A DNA stretch of 64,000 nt from an uncultured Gemmatimonadota bacterium (GTDB taxonomy: Bacteria; Blakebacterota; Blakebacteria; Blakebacterales; Blakebacteraceae). Below are positions 55,527 through 64,000 of the stretch, in pieces (the stretch's first letter is position 1; each line of letters opens with the position of its first letter). The translations under genes were made by a program, and so were the position numbers. A model generated the notes under the pieces. It searched no databases. It was given only the letters and a program-made list of their open reading frames with translations, and was not told the DNA's origin. Where the stretch lies: assembly GCA_964576115.1 (NCBI GenBank), contig CAZNUA010000003.1, forward strand, positions 15,116 through 79,115, in the 5' to 3' direction.

Positions 55527-57419
55527 GTGATGAAATCCGTCAGTACCCTTCCCCACCGTCTGATCAGTTGCCTTTTGCTGCTGCTCCTTCCCCTGCTCCT
55601 GCCCGTCACGGGCCGGGCTCAGGGTGCTGCGGTTGAGCCCGCAGAACGCGGTCGCCCGCCTGTCACCCTTCAGTATACGACGACTGTCCAGGATGGTTCA
55701 TGGGACCAGTATACGGTCTCTATTCTGGTCCGGCATCTGCCTGCTGAGAGAGCGCGCTTCGAATTGCCGCGCTGGGCACCGGGGGCCTACCGGATCGTTC
55801 CCTGGCACAGCGGGGTCGGGAATGTATCCGCCCGTACAGTCGATGGTCGTGCCCTTGACATCAGACCGGACGGGGAGTCGGCGTGGGACGTTGACACCGC
55901 CGGGGCCGGGGAGTTCACCTTTGTGTATACGGTCGCAGCCGGAGTCGGCGAGCGCAACGGCAAGCCGATCCTGAACAACCGTCACTACCTGCATTCCCTG
56001 GGTGGTCTCATAGACGGTCCGCGGAGCTGGATGTATCTCGACGGCGCCACCGACGGACGGATCATTGCTCATTTCGACCTGCCTTCCGGGTGGGACGTCG
56101 CGACGGGTCTGAATCCGACTCCCGATCCGCTCGTTTTCTGGGCCGAGAATTACGACTGGTTGATCGATTGTCCCACCATGGTCGGTGCCGAGGAGAACCT
56201 GCACCGCTGGCATTTCACCTCGTGGGGCGTGCCTTTCGAGATCGCCTGGGATGCGGCGGGCGAAGAGATCGCCTTCGATACCGATGCCTTCGTGGAATCG
56301 ATCAGGCGGGTCGTGGACTGCGAAGCCGCCATTTTCGGCGGATTCCCCTTCGAGCACTACACATTCCTTTACGATAACGGCGGCGGCGGCGGGCTGGAGC
56401 ACCTGCGCTCGACCACGATCGGGGGAGCTCAGGAACGGCTCGTGCGCGATCCCGAATCGCTCTGGAATATCACCGCCCACGAGTTCTATCACGTCTGGAA
56501 CGTCAAGCGTATCCGCCCCAAAGTGCTCGGTCCCTTCGATTATCAGCGTCCCAACCGCACCCAGAGCCTCTGGATCAGCGAGGGCATGACCGAGACCTAC
56601 ACCGCCTTCACCGGGGTGCGGGCGGGTTTCCTGACACCCGAGGAGTATTACGGGACGTTCGCTGCTTCGATCGCTTCATGGATGGGCGACCCCGCCCAAC
56701 CGTGGGCGCCTCCGGCCCGGATGTCGTGGACGACCTGGGATCGCGGCGAGCGCAACCCCCACGGCTTCATCTCGTACTACACCCAGGGCGAGGTGCTCGG
56801 CATGGCCCTGGACCTGATCATCCGTGAGGCGACCGACAACCGGCGCAGCCTCGACGATGTCATGCGCATCCTGATGAACGAACACGGGGGGGCGAACCTC
56901 GAACACCCCGGCTTCGGTACCGAGGAGATGATCTACATCTGTAGCGATGTGGCGGGGCTCGAGCTCTACGATTTTTTCGAAAATCACGTTCTGGGAACGG
57001 TCCCGCCCGACTGGGATCTGTATCTGGGCTACGCCGGTCTGGAGTACGCCGAAGAACAGGAGGTACGCCCCGAACCAGGATTCCGCTTTATCTCTTCACC
57101 CGAGGGGATTGTGGTCAGGTCGGTCACGCCCGACAGCCCGGTCGCTGAAGCTGGCCTCCGCGCCGGGGATCGGATAGTATCAATAGGACGGACGGAAGCA
57201 CAGAACACCGTTGACGTGTTCGGGGCTCTGGGCGACATCGGAGTCGGAGAGCGGGTCAGCGTGACCGTGGCCCGGGAGGGCGCCACCCGTACCCTGACAT
57301 GGCGCATGCCCTCCCGGACCATTCTGAGAGTCCGGATCACCGAGGCGCCTTCAGCCACGGCCCGGCAGCTTCGCATCAGGAACGGCTTTCTGACCGGAGC
57401 CCTCGCGCCGGAAAGGTAA
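55527..57419 (+). CDS. M61-family glycyl aminopeptidase with a C-terminal PDZ domain, secreted
   Basis: Signal peptide. Zinc motif HEFYHVWN with a downstream E. PDZ domain GIVVRSVTPDSPVAEAGLRAGDRIVSIG. Confidence 0.75.
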   Translation: MMKSVSTLPHRLISCLLLLLLPLLLPVTGRAQGAAVEPAERGRPPVTLQYTTTVQDGSWDQYTVSILVRHLPAERARFELPRWAPGAYRIVPWHSGVGNVSARTVDGRALDIRPDGESAWDVDTAGAGEFTFVYTVAAGVGERNGKPILNNRHYLHSLGGLIDGPRSWMYLDGATDGRIIAHFDLPSGWDVATGLNPTPDPLVFWAENYDWLIDCPTMVGAEENLHRWHFTSWGVPFEIAWDAAGEEIAFDTDAFVESIRRVVDCEAAIFGGFPFEHYTFLYDNGGGGGLEHLRSTTIGGAQERLVRDPESLWNITAHEFYHVWNVKRIRPKVLGPFDYQRPNRTQSLWISEGMTETYTAFTGVRAGFLTPEEYYGTFAASIASWMGDPAQPWAPPARMSWTTWDRGERNPHGFISYYTQGEVLGMALDLIIREATDNRRSLDDVMRILMNEHGGANLEHPGFGTEEMIYICSDVAGLELYDFFENHVLGTVPPDWDLYLGYAGLEYAEEQEVRPEPGFRFISSPEGIVVRSVTPDSPVAEAGLRAGDRIVSIGRTEAQNTVDVFGALGDIGVGERVSVTVAREGATRTLTWRMPSRTILRVRITEAPSATARQLRIRNGFLTGALAPER

Positions 57420-57440
57420 TGAGAACGTAAAGGACGGGGC

Positions 57441-59078
57441 ATGAACGAGAACCAGCCGCCCGAACCGCTGACCACTGATGTGAAGAAGGCTGTCGGTGTG
57501 CCGAGTGCTCTCGAAGCACTCGAGCCGGTCATCACCCGCCTGCTCTCGACCATACGGGGTGCGGCTGCGGCGGCGGAAGTGCTGCTTCTTTTCGGAGATC
57601 CCGCCGACGGCGAGGAAGTACGCACCCTCTTCGAGGCTACCGCCCTGAACGGAGACATTACTCCCGTCCCAACCGGCGTACCGACCTGGGACGCCCTCCG
57701 GGAGGATTTCCCCGATATCGGCCCGACTCTGGTCACTCTGACCGACGCCTACACCGCTATCTGGGATGCGGCGGGTTTCGGATCCAGGACCGAAGCCCTC
57801 TGGGTGCCGCTCGTTCTCGACGAGCACTTCCTGGGCGGGCTGCTGCTGACGGGGGGAGGTACGGCCCAGCCGCTTTCGGCGACCGCCGCGATCGAAGTAC
57901 GTACCGCGGCCGAACACCTGACCGGACTGTTGAACCAGGTCATCCGCCTCGAACGCGAGAACGAGAAACTGGTGCAGCTGATCCGCATGCTGCAGGTCAC
58001 GCGGACGCTGATGCGCGAGTCCGAGGCGGGACATCTGGTCAACATGATCCTCAATACGCTCTCCCGGATTGTGGGAAACAGCCGGCTGGCGCTCTTTCCC
58101 ACAACCGTCCTGGGTGAGCCGCGGACCTTCATCCGGCACGTCGAACCCGCCGATGCCGCCGGACTGCACGAGTTCGTCCTCAACCACCTCAATCCACGGC
58201 TCGAAGACCGGGTGCTGGGGCGACAGGTATGCCGTGAAACGAGCCAGGCGTTCCCCGAAAAGACCTTTGCCTCCTTCACCCGGTTCACTCCCTGGATCCT
58301 TCGTGACGCCGGGCGGACCTACCTGGGAACCCTCTATCTGTACGACAACGATCCCGCCCAGGAAGATACTCTCGGGCACGCCGTCATACGCACCATCGTG
58401 GTAGAACTCGAGCGCACCCTGCGGCGCTACCTGATCGAAGACGAAGCGGCTCACGCCATCACCGAACTCCCCTACCGGATCTGGTCGCGGGAGTACTGGT
58501 TGCGCCGTTTCGAAGAGGAAATCGGCCTGACCGGCCGACGCGGCACCCGGGTGACCTGCGGGATCGTGGAACTGCTCGATTACGACAGCCTCCAGGCCGA
58601 GATGGATGAGCTCATTCTCAAGGAGAGCATTCTGACCATGATCCAGGTCATCAAATCCTCGGTCAGGGAGACCGACCTGATCTGCCGTCTGGATCGCAAC
58701 CACTTCGGGATTCTCTTCCTCGATGCGGCCAAGATGAAGGTCATGCCGGCTCTTGAGCGGATCGCGTCGCAGATTCAGCGGGTCGTGGGCGGAGTTGCGA
58801 TGGCTCCGCGCATCAGCTTCACAGCCGGGCTCTCGGAATTTCCCTGGGATGGCGAAGGTGTGCCGGCCCTGATGCGTCGGGCCTGGACGGCCACCGCCAT
58901 GGCTCGCAACCAGGGCCCCTTCACGGTCGCCGTCTACGAGCACGAAGAGGCTCGGGTTTTTCTCGACGCCCACCAGGAGATCAGGGAAGAGATCACGGTT
59001 CACATGGAATTGCTCGGCACTCTCGATCTGCCCTCGACCACGGGCGAACCCTCCGGGGAAGGGGCCGCCGAGCGATAG
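57441..59078 (+). CDS. GAF-domain protein with a C-terminal degenerate GGDEF-like domain (RNHFG instead of GGDEF)
   Basis: C-terminal fold pattern CRLDRNHFGILFLD...A..RA parallels the GGDEF fold but lacks the catalytic motif. Confidence 0.5.
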   Translation: MNENQPPEPLTTDVKKAVGVPSALEALEPVITRLLSTIRGAAAAAEVLLLFGDPADGEEVRTLFEATALNGDITPVPTGVPTWDALREDFPDIGPTLVTLTDAYTAIWDAAGFGSRTEALWVPLVLDEHFLGGLLLTGGGTAQPLSATAAIEVRTAAEHLTGLLNQVIRLERENEKLVQLIRMLQVTRTLMRESEAGHLVNMILNTLSRIVGNSRLALFPTTVLGEPRTFIRHVEPADAAGLHEFVLNHLNPRLEDRVLGRQVCRETSQAFPEKTFASFTRFTPWILRDAGRTYLGTLYLYDNDPAQEDTLGHAVIRTIVVELERTLRRYLIEDEAAHAITELPYRIWSREYWLRRFEEEIGLTGRRGTRVTCGIVELLDYDSLQAEMDELILKESILTMIQVIKSSVRETDLICRLDRNHFGILFLDAAKMKVMPALERIASQIQRVVGGVAMAPRISFTAGLSEFPWDGEGVPALMRRAWTATAMARNQGPFTVAVYEHEEARVFLDAHQEIREEITVHMELLGTLDLPSTTGEPSGEGAAER

Positions 59079-59162
59079 TCCGTTATCCCCGCTCTCCCGT
59101 CCCGGAGATCGGATCGGATGTGACAGCCGGCTTAAACAGGATTAAATTGGTCGGAGTTTAAG

Positions 59163-59195
59163 CGGTACCGGTCCGGAGTGTCCGGACCGGTACCG
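59163..59195. repeat. 33-bp perfect palindrome CGGTACCGGTCCGGA-GTG-TCCGGACCGGTACCG in the sufS 5-prime region; carries the same TCCGGAGTNTCCGGA core as the repeats at 18499, 20401 and 20590
   Basis: Read directly. The arms are exact reverse complements. Confidence 0.6.
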
Positions 59196-59261
59196 GTACG
59201 AACGGATTCCGGCGCCGGCGGACGCCGGCCGGGATCTCGATTCCCCGCTGAGGAGCGACGA

Positions 59262-60512
59262 GTGGCTCGAGAGAGCGTTGCGGCGCCTGCAACACCCCTG
59301 GATATCGAACAGATCCGGAGCGATTTTCCGATACTGAGCCGCGAGATTGACGGACGTCCGCTGGTGTACTTCGACAATGCCGCCACAGCGCAGAAACCGG
59401 CGACGGTGATCGACACCCTGGCCGACTTCTACCGCCACAGCAATGCCAACGTACACCGGGCCATCCACCGGCTGGGGGAGGAGGCCACCGCGGCCTACGA
59501 GGCCGCCCGTGAAACGCTGGCCCGGCTGATCAACGCTTCCGATCCCCACTGCTGTATCTTCGTACGCAATACCACCGAGGGGCTGAACCTGGTCGCCAAT
59601 GCCTGGGGGCGGATCGGGCTTTCGGCCGGTGACGAGATCGTTCTGACCGAGATGGAGCACCACTCCAACATCGTTCCCTGGCAGCTGGTGGCCGAAACCA
59701 CCGGCGCCAGAGTCCGCTACGCACCCCTGACCCCGGAGGGGCGGCTCGATCTGGAGGCTTTCGCCGGTCTGCTCTCCGAGCGCACCCGGGTGGTGAGCCT
59801 GACTCACGCTTCAAATGTGCTGGGAACCATCAACCCGGTACCGGAAATCGCCGCCCTGGCCCGTGAGGCCGGAGCTGTCGTCGTTCTCGATGCGGCCCAG
59901 AGCGTGCCGCATTTCCCGGTCGACGTCGAGACTCTCGAAGTGGACTTCATGACCTTCTCGTCGCACAAGATGTACGGTCCGACCGGATCGGGGATCCTCT
60001 GGGGCCGTCGCGAACTGCTCGAGGCAATGCCCCCATTCCTCGGCGGGGGGGACATGATCGAACGGGTCACGAAGGAGGGCACGACCTTCGCCCCGCTGCC
60101 CTACAAGTTCGAGGCCGGCACCCCCGACATCGGCGAGGCGATCGCCATGGGGGCCGCGGCCGAGTACATGATGGCCCTGGGCACCGAACGGATCGCGGCC
60201 CGCGAAGCCGGACTGGCGGCCCGTCTGCTCGAGCGACTCGGGGATATCGATGGCATCACTATCCACGGCCCGCCTCCACCGCGCACCTCGATGGCCGCCT
60301 TCAGTCTCGAGAGAATCCACCCCCACGACGTCTCGACCTTTCTCGATGCCGACGGCATTGCCGTACGGGCGGGCCACCACTGCACCCATATCCTGCATGA
60401 TGTGCTTGGGGTCGGGGCCACCACCCGGGCCTCGCTGGCTTTTTACAACACCGAAGCGGAGATCGAGCGGCTGGTCGAATCACTGCAGAAAATCGTGGAA
60501 TTCTTCCGGTAG
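59262..60512 (+). CDS. sufS: Cysteine desulfurase SufS (class V aminotransferase, group II)
   Basis: FDNAATAQKP, the PLP-lysine SSHKMYGPTGSGILWG and the active-site loop RAGHHCT. GTG start with a GAGGAG RBS. Confidence 0.85.
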   Translation: MARESVAAPATPLDIEQIRSDFPILSREIDGRPLVYFDNAATAQKPATVIDTLADFYRHSNANVHRAIHRLGEEATAAYEAARETLARLINASDPHCCIFVRNTTEGLNLVANAWGRIGLSAGDEIVLTEMEHHSNIVPWQLVAETTGARVRYAPLTPEGRLDLEAFAGLLSERTRVVSLTHASNVLGTINPVPEIAALAREAGAVVVLDAAQSVPHFPVDVETLEVDFMTFSSHKMYGPTGSGILWGRRELLEAMPPFLGGGDMIERVTKEGTTFAPLPYKFEAGTPDIGEAIAMGAAAEYMMALGTERIAAREAGLAARLLERLGDIDGITIHGPPPPRTSMAAFSLERIHPHDVSTFLDADGIAVRAGHHCTHILHDVLGVGATTRASLAFYNTEAEIERLVESLQKIVEFFR

Positions 60513-60575
60513 GAAACGGCATTTTTCGCGCTGCCGGCGCGGGATCATTTCAGCGCAGAACAGGGGGGCAAAGAC

Positions 60576-61034
60576 CTATTCGGTCGAGATCACCTTTTCG
60601 TCTTCACTGAGAGCCGCTTGCAGGGTGTGCCAGGCCAGGGTGGCGCACTTGACCCGCACCGGGAACTCCCGTACACCGGCCATCACACTCAACTTGCCGA
60701 GTTCGGTGGGCGCCTCCACCTTCTCGGAGGGATCGCCGGTGACCATGTCGTGAAAGGTCTCGAAGAGGGATTCGACCTCGGCGGGCGTCTTTCCCTTCAC
60801 CACCTCGGTCATCAGTGAAGCCGACGCGGTCGAAATAGCGCAGCCCGAACCCTCGAAGGTGATGGCGGTAATGACCCCGTTCTCGGTTCTGACATGCAGG
60901 GTGATCTCGTCCCCGCACAGGGGGTTGTTGCCTTGAGCCTCGTGGTTGGCCCCGGGCAGGGGGCCCGTGTTGCGAGGGTTACGGCTGTGGTCGAGGATGA
61001 CCTCCTGGTACAGTGCTCGCAGATCGGACATCAC
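60576..61034 (-). CDS. sufU: SufU-type Fe-S cluster assembly sulfur-acceptor/scaffold
   Basis: NPLCGDEITLHV and GSGCAISTASASLMTE motifs, plus a C-terminal Cys (KCATLAW). Confidence 0.8.
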   Translation of the reverse strand: MMSDLRALYQEVILDHSRNPRNTGPLPGANHEAQGNNPLCGDEITLHVRTENGVITAITFEGSGCAISTASASLMTEVVKGKTPAEVESLFETFHDMVTGDPSEKVEAPTELGKLSVMAGVREFPVRVKCATLAWHTLQAALSEDEKVISTE

Positions 61035-62383
61035 GATACTCCCTGCCGGACGATCTCACCCTGGGGCAGGCGGTTGACGATGAACCGCTCCAGGGTCTTG
61101 CGCACCGGCCTGAAGGCGATACGGTCGATGAACTCGCCGGCAAAGGCGTAGATGAGCAGGCTCATAGCGGCCTCGACGCCGATGCCACGCGAGCGCAGAT
61201 AGAAAAGAGCATCCTCGTCGAGTTCGCCCACGGTCGAGCCGTGGGTGCATCTGACGTCATCGGCGAAGATCTCGAGCTGGGGCATCGAGAGGGCGGTGGC
61301 CTCGGGCGAGAGGAGAAGGTTGCGGTTCTCCTGCGCGGCGTCGGTCTGCTGGGCGCCGGGATGGACGTGGATGAGACCGCCGAAAACCGAGCGGGCCGAA
61401 CCCTCGAGAATGCCCTTGTAAAGCTGGTAACTGCTGCAGCCGGCCCGGGTGTGATCGACCGTGAGATGGTTGTCGAGGAACTGGCTGTCGTTGAGCACGT
61501 AAAGACCGTTCAGTTCGGCCTCGGCGCCTTCCCCGAGCAGGACCGCCCCGACCTCATTGCGCACGAACGCCCCCCCGAAGGACATCGACTGGCTCGATAC
61601 CCGGCTGGAACCCGAACAGTAGAACTGCGAGGTGGAGAGGTGGCTGGCGACCGGGCTCTCGTGCTGGATGCGGTAGTGCTCGATGTGCGCCCCCTCGCCG
61701 GCCACGATCTCTGTTACCGGCGCGGTCAGGTAGGCGGACTCCGAAGTGCCGGCGTAACTCTCGACCAGCACTACCTCGCTGTTCTCCCCGGCGATGAGGA
61801 GGGTGCGGGGGTAACTCAAGGTGGGTTCGTCGGCGCCGGTGGAGAGGTAGAGGACGTGCAGCGGCTCGCGGATAACCGTGTCCCGGGGTACATAGATGAA
61901 GGCGCCGTCGCGCAGATAGGCGGTGTTCAGGGCGGCAAACGCGTTGGTTTCGAAAGCGGCATAGCGACCCAGGTGGGATTGGACCTTCTCGGGATGAGTG
62001 GTCAGAGCGTCGGCGAGGTTGCCCACCGCGGCCCCCTCGGGCAATTCGCAGCGCGAGCTGAAGGTAGGAGCGAAGTGGCCGTTGATGAAGACCAGCTCGT
62101 TGCATTCGACGTAAGAGAAGGGCACCACGTCGACCGGGCTCAATTCGCTCTCGGCCCGCGTGGCGCGCCGATACGCGGTAGCGGCGATCGGGGTGATGTC
62201 GGAAAAGCGCCACTCTTCGCGATCGGGGGAGGGGAAACCGCTTTCGGTAAAGGCGGCGATGGCCCGGTGCCGCAGCTGGGCCACAGCCGAGGGTTCGTTG
62301 GCCGGCAGCCGGGCGGCGAAGGCGGCGTACTCTTCGAGCCAGGGGCCGAACTGGGCCGAGGTGCGGAGGTCGGTGACAGGCAT
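61031..62383 (-). CDS. sufD: Fe-S cluster assembly protein SufD
   Basis: 450 aa with a SufB/D beta-helix C-terminal pattern (FYLRSRGI). ATGA overlap with sufU. Position between sufC and sufU. Confidence 0.8.
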   Translation of the reverse strand: MPVTDLRTSAQFGPWLEEYAAFAARLPANEPSAVAQLRHRAIAAFTESGFPSPDREEWRFSDITPIAATAYRRATRAESELSPVDVVPFSYVECNELVFINGHFAPTFSSRCELPEGAAVGNLADALTTHPEKVQSHLGRYAAFETNAFAALNTAYLRDGAFIYVPRDTVIREPLHVLYLSTGADEPTLSYPRTLLIAGENSEVVLVESYAGTSESAYLTAPVTEIVAGEGAHIEHYRIQHESPVASHLSTSQFYCSGSSRVSSQSMSFGGAFVRNEVGAVLLGEGAEAELNGLYVLNDSQFLDNHLTVDHTRAGCSSYQLYKGILEGSARSVFGGLIHVHPGAQQTDAAQENRNLLLSPEATALSMPQLEIFADDVRCTHGSTVGELDEDALFYLRSRGIGVEAAMSLLIYAFAGEFIDRIAFRPVRKTLERFIVNRLPQGEIVRQGVS

Positions 62384-62394
62384 CGGAGCCGGCC

Positions 62395-63237
62395 TCAGCT
62401 TTCGGGTGCCGGGGCTGCGGGCGCGGCCGGCTCTTCGGTCCCGGCTGCTCCTTCGTCCGCAGTCGGCTCGCCGCTCTCATTCTCGAGGTCCTCAGGATGC
62501 TTCTCGAGCCAGGTGTAGCCTTTCTCTTCGAGCTCGAGGGCGAGTTCCTTGCCTCCCGACTGCACGATCCGGCCTTCCACCAGAACGTGGACGAAATCGG
62601 GCACGATGTAGTTGAGCAGGCGCTGGTAGTGGGTGATGACGATAAACGCCCGATCGGGACTGCGCATGGCGTTGACCCCGTCGGCCACCGTCTTCAGGGC
62701 GTCGATGTCCAGTCCGCTGTCGGTTTCGTCCAGAATGGCCAGCTTCGGTTCGAGTACGGCCAGGTGGAAGATCTCGTTCCGTTTCTTCTCACCGCCCGAA
62801 AAACCCTCGTTGACCGGCCGGCTCAGCAGCGAGTCGTCGATCTTGACCAGGGCCATCTTGTCCTGGATCAGCTCGCGGAAGTCGAAGGCATCCATCTCGG
62901 GCTCCCCCCGGCTCTTCCGGATGGCGTTCAGGGCCGCCTTGAGGAAGTAGGCGTTGGTCACGCCGGGGATCTCGACCGGGTACTGGAAGGCCAGAAAGAT
63001 ACCTTCGCGGGCTCTGTCCTCGGGGCTCTTCTCGAACAGGTCGGCGCCCTTGTACAACACTTCCCCGTCGGTCACCTGGTACCCCTCGCGACCGGCCAGA
63101 ACGGCCGAGAAGGTACTCTTTCCGCTGCCGTTGGGGCCCATGATGGCGTGAACCTCGCCCGGTCTCACCGTCAGGCTCAGGCCCCGGATGATCTCGCGTC
63201 CTTCGACCCGGATATGCAGGTTTATCACGTCCAGCAT
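62395..63237 (-). CDS. sufC: Fe-S cluster assembly ATPase SufC
   Basis: Walker A GPNGSGKST, signature FSGGEKKR, Walker B LAILDETDSGLD and H-loop ITHY. Confidence 0.9.
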   Translation of the reverse strand: MLDVINLHIRVEGREIIRGLSLTVRPGEVHAIMGPNGSGKSTFSAVLAGREGYQVTDGEVLYKGADLFEKSPEDRAREGIFLAFQYPVEIPGVTNAYFLKAALNAIRKSRGEPEMDAFDFRELIQDKMALVKIDDSLLSRPVNEGFSGGEKKRNEIFHLAVLEPKLAILDETDSGLDIDALKTVADGVNAMRSPDRAFIVITHYQRLLNYIVPDFVHVLVEGRIVQSGGKELALELEEKGYTWLEKHPEDLENESGEPTADEGAAGTEEPAAPAAPAPES

Positions 63238-63290
63238 AGGCTGTCATTCTCCCTGTCGTACTACTATCCCGCCTCAACAGGCCGGGGCGG

Positions 63291-64000
<710 letters not shown>

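Overview
This is a high-GC (~65-70%) bacterial chromosomal segment, densely coded on both strands, with no rRNA, tRNA, CRISPR or obvious mobile element. ADOP-type permeases, numerous lipoproteins and sigma-54 regulation suggest a Gemmatimonadota/Acidobacteriota-like organism, but that is inference. About 57 protein-coding genes are supported.

Strongest candidate for an undescribed system: a three-gene periplasm-facing redox module of a Tat-exported DUF362 protein, a NapH-like membrane polyferredoxin and a Tat-exported NapG-like polyferredoxin, with no recognisable catalytic partner.

Other recognisable genes include a flavodiiron-type protein C-terminus (partial), a PsiE-like membrane protein, PadR and TetR regulators with adjacent palindromes, an amino-acid permease fused to PTS-EIIA and TrkA_C domains, FabG, a membrane-anchored HdrD-like CCG Fe-S protein, a CAAX protease, RsgA, a Cys-rich MarR, an amidohydrolase, a GT4 glycosyltransferase, an HD protein, LemA-HtpX and a DUF481 outer-membrane protein.

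There are two translationally coupled ECF sigma / zinc anti-sigma modules. The first follows a TolC gene and is joined to a secreted TPR plus ~11 HEAT-repeat protein; the second is joined to a YbjQ-family protein.

A MacAB-TolC-like type VII ABC efflux system is fully split into an adaptor, two distinct ATPases, TolC and a duplicated FtsX (ADOP) permease. It is preceded by a good sigma-54 promoter match and followed by a sigma-54 NtrC/NtrB-like pair.

A lipoprotein carries five tandem lipocalin-like modules.

A 15-bp palindrome core TCCGGA-GTN-TCCGGA occurs four times (one imperfect, three extending to perfect 23-33-bp palindromes), including in a repeat-dense ORF-free gap.

Two periplasmic Ntn hydrolases for beta-linked peptides sit side by side, and there are two GAF/GGDEF-type c-di-GMP proteins (one with a PilZ domain).

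At the 3-prime edge, sufB-sufC-sufD-sufU on the minus strand converges on a plus-strand sufS.
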